Shown: positions 1 through 10,117 of the stretch, one piece after another
How the letters are laid out: each line of letters begins with the position of its first letter
Numbering within the stretch: the first letter of the stretch is position 1
NCBI GenBank assembly: GCA_024231215.1
Contig: JAAEQR010000142.1
Span: 356,593-420,592, forward strand
Direction of reading: 5' to 3'
DNA length: 64,000 bases
Source of the DNA: PVC group bacterium
GTDB taxonomy: Bacteria > Omnitrophota > Gorgyraeia > B26-G9
The notes under the pieces: generated by a model
The model's input: only the letters and a program-made list of their open reading frames with translations
Told to the model about the DNA's origin: nothing
Databases searched by the model: none
Translations under genes and position numbers: made by a program

Positions 1-246
1 CTCACTAGCTGCCAGAGATATCCCCACATACAATGAGCCGCGGATATCATCAATTATTTCATTCATAATTTCTTCAGTAGCAACAAAGCTTTTTAGCGAT
101 GGAGCACGGGAACCCCGAATATATCCGGCATAGCCTAAATGCAAATAATTAACTTCAAATCCGGCCTCCTGCAAACAAGCCCCAATTTGCCGTAAATTTA
201 AACCAAAAAACCCCGGATAAAATGATATTAACGTAACTTTTTCCAT
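1..246 (-). CDS. Partial (N-terminus only) probable cobalamin-binding radical SAM protein; runs off window edge
   Basis: Hand translation from ATG at 246 is open to base 1: MEKVTLISFYPGFFGLNLRQIGACLQEAGFEVNYLHL...LYVGISLAAS. This resembles the B12-binding N-terminus (GL..I.A.L...G.EV; VGIS) of class B radical SAMs. It starts 7 bp after the previous stop. Confidence 0.6.
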   Translation of the reverse strand, partial: MEKVTLISFYPGFFGLNLRQIGACLQEAGFEVNYLHLGYAGYIRGSRAPSLKSFVATEEIMNEIIDDIRGSLYVGISLAASE

Positions 247-253
247 GTTTTTT

Positions 254-1966
254 CTATTCTCCTGAACATTTTAACATTGATTTTAATTTATTTAGTTTAG
301 CTTGTCGGAGTTTCCTTTTTGTAAACCAGGAAACATCAGACAGTTCATTTTTAACTAAATCTGTTCTCAGCTTAAAAAATCTGACAACCTCATCAGCTTC
401 ATATCCCTTTAAGAAAAGAGGAAAAAAAGAATACATGGGAGAATAATTGTAAATCAAGCCAGCATTCTCAACTCTTAAAATAAATTCCTTGAGTTTTTCT
501 GAAGCGCGCAAAGCATCCATCGTCGGAGTTTTCCACATACAATAATCGTATTTATCTCCAAAATAACTAATATTATGTTTGATTTGTTCATCAAAAATTA
601 TAGACCCCGGCAACATATAAAAACAATAAATCTTATATAACTTCAAGGGGGAATTATTTATCCAATTAATAGTGTTATTGATGCTTTCTTCAGTTTCCCC
701 AGGAAAACCGACCATAAAACTGCCATAAGCAGTGATCTTTTGTTTATCCAAAAGTTCTAAACAGCGCATATTTCCGTCAACCGTAGTCATCTTATTCATT
801 AATTTAAGCATCCGATCATCGCCACTTTCTATACCAATATTGACAATTTTACATCCTGATTTTTTCAAAAGCACTACATTCTCTTCTGTGATTGAGCTTG
901 AACGAATACCGGCAAACCACTTAAAATCAAATTTCTCATCAATCATCATCTGGCAAATTTGCTCAATCCGTTTAGGATGGACAGCGAAATGATCATCGGT
1001 AAAAGCTAAATACTCTATCCCCGATTTTTTAATCTCTCTTAATTCATCACGCACACTTTCTAAAGAACGCTGCTCCAGCTTCATTGCTGCTTTTTGGAAA
1101 GTACAGAATTTACAACGAAAAGCGCATCCCCGGCTAGTTCGGACAAAAGCTATCCCTTTAGTAAGCTCGGTTATTCTCGACCAATCAGGAAAAATATTAT
1201 TAAAATCAACAAAATCTATCTTGCGCTTAGAATACTCAACTTTTTCTTTATTTCTAAAAACAAGATTATCTATGTCATTAACTGATTGTTTATTTTTCAA
1301 ACATCTGAATAATTTATCTAAGGTAGGCAATCCATTCTCTTCCAGAATACAATAGATATTCTCATCGATCAAAAGCTTTTCAAATTCTAAATGCAACTTA
1401 CCCTCATCGGTCAGCTTACTTAATAACACACTACTGCCAATAACAATAGGTACTTCCTTATTTAATTTTCTGACAATTATTATTAATTCTTCAATTTCTG
1501 AAGCATTCATAAAATAAGTCGCAGAAATCACAACTGCCAGAGGGTTATTCTCCAATTTATCTTTCAGCTCTCTTTCATATAAAGCAATATTATCCATACT
1601 AATCGGACAATAACCCTTTCTTAATAAAAACTCATAAATATACACAGCTGTTATTGTGGGAATCCCTGTTGGGTTGAAAAATCTCTCATCATATTGTGGC
1701 TGATAAACATATTTTTTATCATTTAAGACAAAATTAAGTAACTCAAAAATTCCAAAACGCCAATTATTAATCCATTCGGGAATTTCGATATTGTAAAGAA
1801 TTCTCGCTTTTATTTTTTTAACACTCTTCAGCTTTGAAATGTTTTTTAGAAAATATTTATTTTTAATATTGTATAAATTTAAAAAAAGACGCTTAATGAA
1901 AGATTTTTTTGTATCTATTGCCGGGATCCTATTCCTGCAAATTATGATTACCTCATCGTTCTTCAT
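254..1966 (-). CDS. B12-binding domain radical SAM protein (class B; BchE/HpnJ/HpnP-like)
   Basis: TSRGCAFRCKFC (CxxxCxxC), FTDDHF, IGIESG, FMVGFPGET motifs; N-terminal Rossmann-like B12 domain. Confidence 0.88.
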   Translation of the reverse strand: MKNDEVIIICRNRIPAIDTKKSFIKRLFLNLYNIKNKYFLKNISKLKSVKKIKARILYNIEIPEWINNWRFGIFELLNFVLNDKKYVYQPQYDERFFNPTGIPTITAVYIYEFLLRKGYCPISMDNIALYERELKDKLENNPLAVVISATYFMNASEIEELIIIVRKLNKEVPIVIGSSVLLSKLTDEGKLHLEFEKLLIDENIYCILEENGLPTLDKLFRCLKNKQSVNDIDNLVFRNKEKVEYSKRKIDFVDFNNIFPDWSRITELTKGIAFVRTSRGCAFRCKFCTFQKAAMKLEQRSLESVRDELREIKKSGIEYLAFTDDHFAVHPKRIEQICQMMIDEKFDFKWFAGIRSSSITEENVVLLKKSGCKIVNIGIESGDDRMLKLMNKMTTVDGNMRCLELLDKQKITAYGSFMVGFPGETEESINNTINWINNSPLKLYKIYCFYMLPGSIIFDEQIKHNISYFGDKYDYCMWKTPTMDALRASEKLKEFILRVENAGLIYNYSPMYSFFPLFLKGYEADEVVRFFKLRTDLVKNELSDVSWFTKRKLRQAKLNKLKSMLKCSGE

Positions 1967-4358
1967 TCTCTTCTCCTTCTAAAACATAGATCATTCCACT
2001 ATCGGCATCGACAAATATTTTTTGTCCGGTTTTAATTTTCTGGGTTGCTGTAAATAAATTGCCTACAGCCGGTATACCTATTTCCCGAGCAACAATCGCT
2101 CCGTGCGACAAATAATTCCCCATATCAGTTACAATCGCACCGGCAATTGCAAACAATGGCGTCCAACTTGGATTAGTTGAAACTGCCACTAAAATCTCAC
2201 CGGCCTTTAAAAGCCCCATATCTTTTTTGCTCTTTATCACTCTGGCAATGCCTGTATAAGTTCCACTGCTTAAGGCTAATCCCTGCATGCTTAATCCCGG
2301 GGACTGTTTATAAGCGATTTTTTCTTCCCTTCCACTTTTGTAAATCCTTATTTGTTCAAAAGACTCCTGCTGGGATAAACGTTCCCAATCTAGTTTTCTT
2401 TGATCAATACACTCCTGTTCTATCTGAAAATCTTTTGTGCAAACCTCATCTAATGTCTTAAAAAAAATATCATTTACAGTCTTAAAATTATTTTTTTGTG
2501 AAAGTGAAAGTGCCTGTTTGCGAATTTGAAACATTATCCTAACAATATTTTGCTTTATAGCCTCTCTCCAGATACTACACTTCTGAATATGACGAATTAA
2601 AACCTTAACTGGCAACCGAAAGAATAAAGGAATACTTTTCAATACAAGATCTTCCGTTTTAACTCGTCTCTGGATACGAGAATCTCTTTCTTTTTCAAAA
2701 TTGATCTCTGTTTTTTGTTCAATATAATGCTTAAGTGTTATCTCGACAAAACTATGATCCTCAGCCCAACGAGGATAAACTAACTCAAATTCTTTTAAGG
2801 ATTGATGCCCGAATTTTTCCAGAAAAACATCCCACTTTTTCGCAGAATCTGCTCCATACTTAGAAATCAAAGTGTGCAAAGAACCTTGGGAATTTTTTAT
2901 TTTCGCTAATAAATGGTCTTCTTTGCGTATAAAAGAAGCCAATTCCCATAAAGCTTCGCTTGCTGCTGTACTCTCGATTTTTCCCAGCCCGGTAACTAAT
3001 CCATCCATCATCACTGATACTTTTTCACCTGGCATATTTTCTTTAATCAATCCACCTATAATTATGGTGCCTAGTTCAAAGAAAATAGCTACTTTAACAT
3101 GTATTCTCATGTTTTGTTCTAAAAGTTCTCTTAAATCTTTTAACGCTTCTTTTTCTGTCAAAGTCATTATTTTACTCAATCTCCGAGAAAATCGCTTTTG
3201 AGCTACTTGCACAAAAAAAGGTAACGTTATAAAAGACACAAAATAAAAAAATAAAACTTTAAACAGTATAAAAGGCTTTTGTTTTTTAATATCCTGCACA
3301 TTATAAATTTGTTTAAATGCTGTTTGGTTACAATAAGCTCTGCCGTCAAAAAGAGAAAATAAATCATGCTCAAGGGGTATTAGACCTAGGCTTGTTACCG
3401 CATTTTTAAAACCTTGATTCGTCGCCTTATTCACAACTGACCAAGTGAACGGAGTTACAACGTCCGGGATAACATCTGCTACATTATCTCTAGTCCACAA
3501 AATATATTCATCATGTTTGATCTTACCTATCGTGATTGGCCTTACCTGCAAAACATACAATTTATTATTTTGATAAGCCCATTCGATATCTACTGGATAT
3601 TTAAACAACTTTTTTAGCTTTTGAGCTAATCGGGAAATTTCTTCTATCTGTTCATTATTTAAAACAGGATGATTAGATAATTTATCCGGCAGTTTGCTTA
3701 ATTCTTGCGGATTCTCAGGAGAACGCCAATATCTTTGCTTTCCGGTAATCACATGATTTATATTTCCACTATCTATATCAAGCTCATATTGATCGGATAC
3801 CGCTTCCCCGCTTACTAATGCCTCAGCCAGACCACAAACTGCATTAATAATGATAATTTTTTTTTCGGGCTGGTTAGGATCTTGGGTGAAGCATACTCCC
3901 GAACTAATTGGAGAAAGTACTTTTTGAATAAGCAGAGCCATTCTCTTGGGCTTATCCATCTTATTCGCCTGAATCCCCTGTTCATAGGATTTAACATGCG
4001 GAGAATCACCAGATTGCCAACAAGCCTGACATGCATTCTTAATTTCAGAAATCTCGTTTTTACAAATCAAAGACAGATACTGCCCCGCGTAAGAAGCCTG
4101 GGCGCTATCCTCTGATTCTCCTGATGACCGGACAATCAGCAAACAATTATCAAAAAAATATTTTCTTATATCCGAATAAAGCTGTTCTAAATTTTCTTTA
4201 TTATTGAAAGCAGTATAAGCTTGAAAATTTAAAATCACCCCTTCAGGCACAACAAACCCCGCTTTATAGCAAATCGCACAATTAAACGCCTTTGCCCCCA
4301 CAAAGGGCAATCCTTCAGCATAAGATTGATCGTATGTGTGAATAAATTTATTAAGCAC
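1953..4358 (-). CDS. PEP-utilising enzyme family protein (ATP-grasp + central domain + His swivel; rifampicin phosphotransferase/PigC-like architecture)
   Basis: VGAKA, VRSSGESEDSAQASYAGQYLS, DIEWA, LQVRPIT; C-terminal TNPSWTPLF and LSHGAIVAREIGIPAV phospho-His motif. Start moved to the GTG preceded by GAGAGG. Confidence 0.88.
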   Translation of the reverse strand: MLNKFIHTYDQSYAEGLPFVGAKAFNCAICYKAGFVVPEGVILNFQAYTAFNNKENLEQLYSDIRKYFFDNCLLIVRSSGESEDSAQASYAGQYLSLICKNEISEIKNACQACWQSGDSPHVKSYEQGIQANKMDKPKRMALLIQKVLSPISSGVCFTQDPNQPEKKIIIINAVCGLAEALVSGEAVSDQYELDIDSGNINHVITGKQRYWRSPENPQELSKLPDKLSNHPVLNNEQIEEISRLAQKLKKLFKYPVDIEWAYQNNKLYVLQVRPITIGKIKHDEYILWTRDNVADVIPDVVTPFTWSVVNKATNQGFKNAVTSLGLIPLEHDLFSLFDGRAYCNQTAFKQIYNVQDIKKQKPFILFKVLFFYFVSFITLPFFVQVAQKRFSRRLSKIMTLTEKEALKDLRELLEQNMRIHVKVAIFFELGTIIIGGLIKENMPGEKVSVMMDGLVTGLGKIESTAASEALWELASFIRKEDHLLAKIKNSQGSLHTLISKYGADSAKKWDVFLEKFGHQSLKEFELVYPRWAEDHSFVEITLKHYIEQKTEINFEKERDSRIQRRVKTEDLVLKSIPLFFRLPVKVLIRHIQKCSIWREAIKQNIVRIMFQIRKQALSLSQKNNFKTVNDIFFKTLDEVCTKDFQIEQECIDQRKLDWERLSQQESFEQIRIYKSGREEKIAYKQSPGLSMQGLALSSGTYTGIARVIKSKKDMGLLKAGEILVAVSTNPSWTPLFAIAGAIVTDMGNYLSHGAIVAREIGIPAVGNLFTATQKIKTGQKIFVDADSGMIYVLEGEENEER

Positions 4359-5397
4359 CAAAAACAAACCTCTCTAATTTTCCATATTTTTTATCTTGGA
4401 TTTCTCCATTAATTGACATTTGGGCTTTGACAACTGTTTGTAAATATTGCCCCTTACCTAAGAGTGACTTTAACCATTTCGGATATGATCTTACCCTTAA
4501 TAGATAAAACAAACTCACTAATAATGTATTTAACCGGTTATTCTTTGTCATTCCTAAAGGAAAATCCTGAGACACAGACTTACAATCAGAAATTAAGCTG
4601 ATCTCATATTGTTTCTCAGCCGTAAAATTCAGTTTCATATTGTATTGTACTCCACTTCTTATACTATCATTCTCTTCTTCACTAACTTTCAAATCAATAG
4701 CATTAATTTGTTTACCGTTTTTATCCAACAAACATAAAATCCTAAGTTTTTCTGCCTTCCCTTTTAGTTCAATTTCAGAAAATATAAATGTAAAATCCGC
4801 AAAAAACACTCGGATCCAAACCCAGCCCTTAAACTCTCGAGCGATATTAAGGTTACCCCAATTATGGTCATGATACGCGATGCCCTCAATATTTATTTTT
4901 TTCTGATCAATTTCAATCTTCCCTGTTGCTTGCGCCCGGGGTAAAGGAACAATCCAATTAAACAACTCCTTATTTTTTTTATTTTCATAGACACATTCAC
5001 TTTTGTTACAAAAAAAAGGCAATTTACGTTTTAAAGTTAAATCAACTGCAACATCTTTCTCCTTAACAAAAATTTTATAATCCCCATTATTTTCTTCTAT
5101 TCTCCCACCCGGAAAAATAATTTTGCAGCAATTTTTATCTTGAACAACCTCTGCCCGCGAATAGCGTAAAACCCGCACTGTCGATTGAACCGGATCATTA
5201 TTGTTTTTATTAAGATTTTCATATATCCGAATAACTAAAAGGCATAAATTATTTCTCAGACTAAAGACTGGAGACTGCCATTCTATATATACATTTCTCC
5301 CATCTTCTAAATCAAAATCAAAATACCACCATTCGAAAAACTTACTCTGATCTTCTATATAAGAGCCATCATGCCGCAAAGATTTTACTTGATCCAT
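4351..5397 (-). CDS. CrtC/AttH-like lipocalin-fold protein (carotenoid 1,2-hydratase/tocopherol cyclase-like)
   Basis: FFEWWYFD and GIAYHDHNWGN motifs, typical of the CrtC/AttH superfamily. Confidence 0.65.
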   Translation of the reverse strand: MDQVKSLRHDGSYIEDQSKFFEWWYFDFDLEDGRNVYIEWQSPVFSLRNNLCLLVIRIYENLNKNNNDPVQSTVRVLRYSRAEVVQDKNCCKIIFPGGRIEENNGDYKIFVKEKDVAVDLTLKRKLPFFCNKSECVYENKKNKELFNWIVPLPRAQATGKIEIDQKKINIEGIAYHDHNWGNLNIAREFKGWVWIRVFFADFTFIFSEIELKGKAEKLRILCLLDKNGKQINAIDLKVSEEENDSIRSGVQYNMKLNFTAEKQYEISLISDCKSVSQDFPLGMTKNNRLNTLLVSLFYLLRVRSYPKWLKSLLGKGQYLQTVVKAQMSINGEIQDKKYGKLERFVFGA

Positions 5398-5486
5398 AGA
5401 TTCCCTTTTTTAAAAATTACAACTTATTTTGGTTAACAATTAATCTCCCGCACCTGCTCCGATAATTATTAACAGCATCTTATTTA

Positions 5487-6488
5487 TCATATTCCCCCCA
5501 CAGTTTTCAAGCGGTTATTACACAACACCAGCAAGGGGAAAAATATTCTTTTAAAAGTAATTTTCGTAGACATGTCCTGCAATAACTTTTTAGTATAAAA
5601 ATTCCTCGTCATTCGGGAAAATTCCTTTCGGGCAAACTTTTCATTAATAAAATAATCTGAAACAATTTTCCCTGACAAAAGCGCTCCAGAAATCCCATTT
5701 AAATAAAATGGATCGATCATTCCGCTCATCGTTCCCGCTAAAACTATCCCCTCTTTTTCTATGTTTTTATTCTGGGGAATACATCCGGAAGAAAATGTCC
5801 AGGTTTCAAAGGAAATCTTTTCTTTTTCCCAAATAAAATCTTCAAATCTTTTTAAGCTATCGCTATTCATTGAATTACGTGAGAATAGAAGCCCAAACAT
5901 ACAATCATCATATGATGCAAGATAAGCAAACTCTCCGTTTGTATAATCACCAAAACAAGATACTGCGATATTTTTATTTGGAGTAATTCCTGAAGCCCTA
6001 AACCCATGAATCATCTTATATTTGATACCGCATATTTGATAAGCCGGAATCTCTAATCCGCAGGAGACTATAGCTTTTGATCTGTCTTTTTTAAGAATAC
6101 TTAAAGTTTCCTGATCAAGCGGCTGATCATAAATAAACTTCACTCCTAAGCCACAAGCAATTTTATAAAGATACTTTTCAATTGAATTTTCATGGCCGCC
6201 TTTTAAACACAAAAAAGCATTCGGAGGGTTAACCGCATGAGTTTTTTTGTCATAAAAATATATCGAATGGCTTACCGCCCGGCGAAAACACCGCGATATA
6301 TCAATGCCAATGTATTCCGAGGTACGGTCAATATCCATATATTGCAAATGAACAGACGGATGCCATTTAGGATCACCTCCTACTGTTTTTCTGCTTTCAA
6401 TGATTTCGGCTTCAAAACCTGCCTTGGCTAAATTTATACCGGCAACCAATCCGGAAATGCCTGCTCCATAAATTTTAATTTTTTCCAC
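5487..6488 (-). CDS. FAD-dependent oxidoreductase, geranylgeranyl reductase-like
   Basis: N-terminal IYGAGISGL FAD motif; LAGTMSGMIDPFYLNGISGALLSG resembles the GDAAG..P..G.GI..A..SG motif of GGR-family flavoproteins. Confidence 0.7.
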   Translation of the reverse strand: MEKIKIYGAGISGLVAGINLAKAGFEAEIIESRKTVGGDPKWHPSVHLQYMDIDRTSEYIGIDISRCFRRAVSHSIYFYDKKTHAVNPPNAFLCLKGGHENSIEKYLYKIACGLGVKFIYDQPLDQETLSILKKDRSKAIVSCGLEIPAYQICGIKYKMIHGFRASGITPNKNIAVSCFGDYTNGEFAYLASYDDCMFGLLFSRNSMNSDSLKRFEDFIWEKEKISFETWTFSSGCIPQNKNIEKEGIVLAGTMSGMIDPFYLNGISGALLSGKIVSDYFINEKFARKEFSRMTRNFYTKKLLQDMSTKITFKRIFFPLLVLCNNRLKTVGGI

Positions 6489-6548
6489 TTTTAAATCCTT
6501 ATTGATTTTAAGCTAATCTTAAAACTTTATTATTTAAACATTTACTTA

Positions 6549-7997
6549 TTAACGCGTTACTTTTAATAAATTTAAAATTTCAGAAATTTTTTCTATTTTT
6601 AGTTCGCCAAACATAATCAGAAAAATAAAATAACAAAATAAACCCACAAAAAACGGGATCAGGAAAAACATATCTTTCAGGAAAAATATTATTCCTCCGG
6701 CCAAAACAGCGGCGAAAGCAGGCTTAAATATTAAACTGATCAAACTGGGACTGTTTTTAAACGACTCCCTGAATAAACGCGATTTCATTATGAGCACGAG
6801 GAAACCGCAAAAAACAGTTGTCGCACTTGCACCAATGTAGCCATATTGGGGAATCAAAATAAGATTTAAGATGAAATTTGCGCAGATTATAAGCAATGAG
6901 CCCAGCATTAAGATTTTAAGTTTTTCTTTCTGCACAATCAAAAACAGCCCCATTGGCCCGGCAAAATGATTCAACAAGAAAGACCAGATTAAAATCCTGA
7001 AAACCTGAGAACTAAGGGCAAATTCCTTTCCGAAAACAAATGGCACAATTTGCCCGGAAAGCAAAAATAGTGCTACCGTCAAAAAACTGGAAAAAATTAT
7101 CATTACTCTCATTGATTTAAGATATATTGGGTATGTATTTTCTAAAGAGCTCTTACTTTGGGATGATATAAATGGCAACATCGCACCCATAAAACAACCG
7201 GTTGCCACACCTAAAGCTTCATTCAGTTGAACCGCCACCCCATATATTCCTACATCCTGCATAGTTTTCATTTTAGAAAGCATGATAATATCCATTCTTC
7301 TTAATAAAATGCTTAAACCAATAAGAGCAAAAAGAGGAAAAGCCTGTTTTAAAAGACTATTTACTATCTTCCGATCAAATCTGGGTTTAAATTTGACAAA
7401 ATCCTTTTGAACAATGTAAAAAAGCACAAGTGAAGTAACTCCTGTGCCCAAGATCATCAGCAATATCATTCCGCCAAGATTTAAACCTAACCGAAGAAAT
7501 AAAATACCCAATATCGTAAAAAAAACAGAAAGAACTACCCCCACAACAGAAAAGATTTCCATTTTCTCAAATCCACTCAGAATTGCCGTTAACCGACTAA
7601 TTACTGAATTAAAAAAAATGGTAAACCCAGATAAAACTATTAAAAACATCATCTGTTTAGAGTAACCTAAATAGAAAGCTATAATTACCATCCCTATCCA
7701 AGCCAACAATGAAAAACCGATGGACAGAAAGATTGAATTACCGTAAAGCTCTGGAGCTTTTGTCTTGTCTTTGGCAATTTCCCGGGTGACGACAGTTGAT
7801 AAGCCAAAATCCGCAAAAATATTAGCAAAAGCAAGAAAAGCTAAAATAGTGGAAAACATTCCGAAGCCGTCCTGAGAAAGATATCGAGCCACGCAAGAGA
7901 TGAAAATTAGATTTATTACCCCGGTTAACACTTTATTCCCGAGTAAAGCAATCGTATTTTTAAGAACTCTAAATAGATTTGTTTTTTTGAATTCCAT
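6549..7997 (-). CDS. Wzx-type oligosaccharide flippase (MOP superfamily)
   Basis: About 12-14 hydrophobic segments; ARYL...FG, FADFGLSTVVTREIA, DIIML, LNLILIPQYGYIGASAT. Start set at MEFKK. Confidence 0.88.
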   Translation of the reverse strand: MEFKKTNLFRVLKNTIALLGNKVLTGVINLIFISCVARYLSQDGFGMFSTILAFLAFANIFADFGLSTVVTREIAKDKTKAPELYGNSIFLSIGFSLLAWIGMVIIAFYLGYSKQMMFLIVLSGFTIFFNSVISRLTAILSGFEKMEIFSVVGVVLSVFFTILGILFLRLGLNLGGMILLMILGTGVTSLVLFYIVQKDFVKFKPRFDRKIVNSLLKQAFPLFALIGLSILLRRMDIIMLSKMKTMQDVGIYGVAVQLNEALGVATGCFMGAMLPFISSQSKSSLENTYPIYLKSMRVMIIFSSFLTVALFLLSGQIVPFVFGKEFALSSQVFRILIWSFLLNHFAGPMGLFLIVQKEKLKILMLGSLLIICANFILNLILIPQYGYIGASATTVFCGFLVLIMKSRLFRESFKNSPSLISLIFKPAFAAVLAGGIIFFLKDMFFLIPFFVGLFCYFIFLIMFGELKIEKISEILNLLKVTR

Positions 7998-8039
7998 TTG
8001 TTTCCGCTTGATCCTCAACTGAAGCAACCTCCAGCCCGG

Positions 8040-9197
8040 CTACTCCTTATCTCTCTGTTCCGATGATTTTTTCTGCAAAGATTGCGCATGCTGAATCTTT
8101 TTCTTTAATAGGTTAAATATTCGCGAGTTACTCCCCTTAGGATAAAAAATTACAAAAAGGGATGATAAATGTTCCCTTGTGCTGAAATCGGAATAATTAA
8201 AATTAATAAAAAATAGTAATGTTGTGAATATAATTAAAAAGGGAGAATAATTAAAAGTCATAATTAATGTGAGATATATCGGCAATATTACATGGGGGAA
8301 ATAAACGTGTAAAAGATTGTAAGGACTCGTCCATTCTCTTAATTCCCATCTATAATACGGATCATAAAAATCCTTTTTCTTTAAATTATTTATATCTAAA
8401 TAGACTGTCCGTAAAAGCAGCACCGCAAACAAAAAAACAATCGGTAAAACAGGCGAAAAAGTATAATAAAATGACATGGGCGGTACTTTTACTAAAATAA
8501 TCATCATAAATACAGCCCATGAGATTCTTTCAGTGAAAAGCGCTTTTCTGTAAAACTTTGTCATTCTTTCCACGCCTATTTTAGACCCAAGGGTCAAGGT
8601 TCCTGATTTAGCATCATTAACCGAATCAAATGCTTGATGACCTATTTCCTTGGCAAGACCAACTACGGTGGCACAGCAAGCAATTGCCCACATATCCCAT
8701 CCTCCGAATACTCCAAAAGCTGAAAACAAAAGCATTATCGGCAAAGGAGACTGAGCAAAACAAGCTGCTACTATTCCCAAACTTCTCCTCTCTTTAAACC
8801 TTATTGGTTTCAGAGAATAAAAAGTGGCTAGAAATAACTGTGTCATCCATAAATAAATAAAATAGCTTTTCCCGACAAACAGTATTCCTGTCAAGATTGT
8901 TAGCAAAAAAAGAATGCTCAGAATAGATACAGCTTTAGCATTACTAATATTTTTAAAAGTATTACTCTTGCCCTCTTGCGTATCCGGTTCCTTATCTCCG
9001 AATTCATTGACTAAGTACCCATAAAGACTAGATATGGAGGCAAAGGCAATAAAAACAAAAAAATCCCTGATAAATATAAGTGAGTACGTAGAATATGCCA
9101 AACAAATGTAGAAACATGTAATACAAAAAAAAGGCAATTTATCCGTAGCCCAATCTGTCCAGCGAAGAGTTTTAAGAATTTTTGCTTTTTCCCACAT
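8040..9197 (-). CDS. UbiA-family prenyltransferase (integral membrane)
   Basis: YLVNEFGDKEPD (NxxxDxxxD), FYSLKPIRFKER, HQAFDSVNDAKSGTLT second acidic motif, multiple TM helices. Start set at MWEKAK, 2 bp after the upstream stop. Confidence 0.8.
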   Translation of the reverse strand: MWEKAKILKTLRWTDWATDKLPFFCITCFYICLAYSTYSLIFIRDFFVFIAFASISSLYGYLVNEFGDKEPDTQEGKSNTFKNISNAKAVSILSILFLLTILTGILFVGKSYFIYLWMTQLFLATFYSLKPIRFKERRSLGIVAACFAQSPLPIMLLFSAFGVFGGWDMWAIACCATVVGLAKEIGHQAFDSVNDAKSGTLTLGSKIGVERMTKFYRKALFTERISWAVFMMIILVKVPPMSFYYTFSPVLPIVFLFAVLLLRTVYLDINNLKKKDFYDPYYRWELREWTSPYNLLHVYFPHVILPIYLTLIMTFNYSPFLIIFTTLLFFINFNYSDFSTREHLSSLFVIFYPKGSNSRIFNLLKKKIQHAQSLQKKSSEQRDKE

Positions 9198-9199
9198 AA

Positions 9200-10117
9200 T
9201 TACTTCCATTCCAAATTTTGAGTGTTCACTTCTCGCAATAACAACCCATCTCGCAACCCTCGCATCTTCGCAAATATGGGTTTTTTGTAACCAAAAAGTA
9301 TTTTTTTCATCACAACCCACAGGAATTCCGCAACGATAAAGCATATAAATTTAATAAGGTTACACAAAGAAGCATTCTTCCGGACAAAGACCGCAGAGCC
9401 CCTTCCCATTAAATAATACCAACGCGGATTACGGTCTCCTCCTGTGCTTGCTGCAACACTATGCCATATCTTTGCTTCTGGCACATGGATTATCTTATAT
9501 CCCTTAGCTCTTGCGCGTACGCACCAATCAACATCTTCGAAATAGGAAAAATATACGGGGTCAAGCAACCCTATTTCATCAATAACTTTTTTCTTAATAA
9601 GCAATCCACACCCAATTATAAAATCAACTTCTCGAATATGATCATATTGCCCATCATCCTTGTTATTACAGGCGAGCGATTCAATCACATATTCCCGAAA
9701 ATTAATTTTGCCTCCAATTGAGTATAGATACCCGGGATGCAGTTCTAAGTGGTACATTTTGGGTCCTAATATCCCTATCTGCGCATTCTTTTCTCCCTCA
9801 GCAACAAGATGATCCAAAACAAAACTATCTACCATCGTGTCATTATTGAGCAAAAAGATATAGTCTGCCCCATTTTTAAGAGCATAACGCATGCCGACAT
9901 TATTGCCTTCGCTAAAACCAAGGTTTGTTTTGTTTTGAATTATTTCAATGTCCGGGAAATTTTCAGAGATACAAGACACTGACCCGTCAGTAGATCCATT
10001 ATCAACAAAAATCACTTCGTAATTAGGATACTTTAGCTGTCTGATACTATAAAGACATTTCAGGCTGTCTTGTTTACCATTCCAATTTAATATAATAATC
10101 GCTACTTTAGGATACAT
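9200..10117 (-). CDS. Glycosyltransferase family 2 (WsaD/rhamnosyltransferase-like)
   Basis: IIILNWNG, VDNGSTDGS, NLGFSEGNN, LLNNDT, YFEDVDWC. Confidence 0.92.
   Translation of the reverse strand: MYPKVAIIILNWNGKQDSLKCLYSIRQLKYPNYEVIFVDNGSTDGSVSCISENFPDIEIIQNKTNLGFSEGNNVGMRYALKNGADYIFLLNNDTMVDSFVLDHLVAEGEKNAQIGILGPKMYHLELHPGYLYSIGGKINFREYVIESLACNNKDDGQYDHIREVDFIIGCGLLIKKKVIDEIGLLDPVYFSYFEDVDWCVRARAKGYKIIHVPEAKIWHSVAASTGGDRNPRWYYLMGRGSAVFVRKNASLCNLIKFICFIVAEFLWVVMKKILFGYKKPIFAKMRGLRDGLLLREVNTQNLEWK

Noticed and set aside
1953-4358. Annotation as PEP synthase (ppsA) or a rifampicin resistance gene
   Set aside because: Lacks the C-terminal PEP-binding barrel; the central domain cannot be tied to rifamycin binding from sequence, and the context is biosynthetic
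9198-9344. N-terminal extension of the UbiA ORF
   Set aside because: Lies within the upstream GT2 gene; ATG 9197 follows its stop with a plausible RBS
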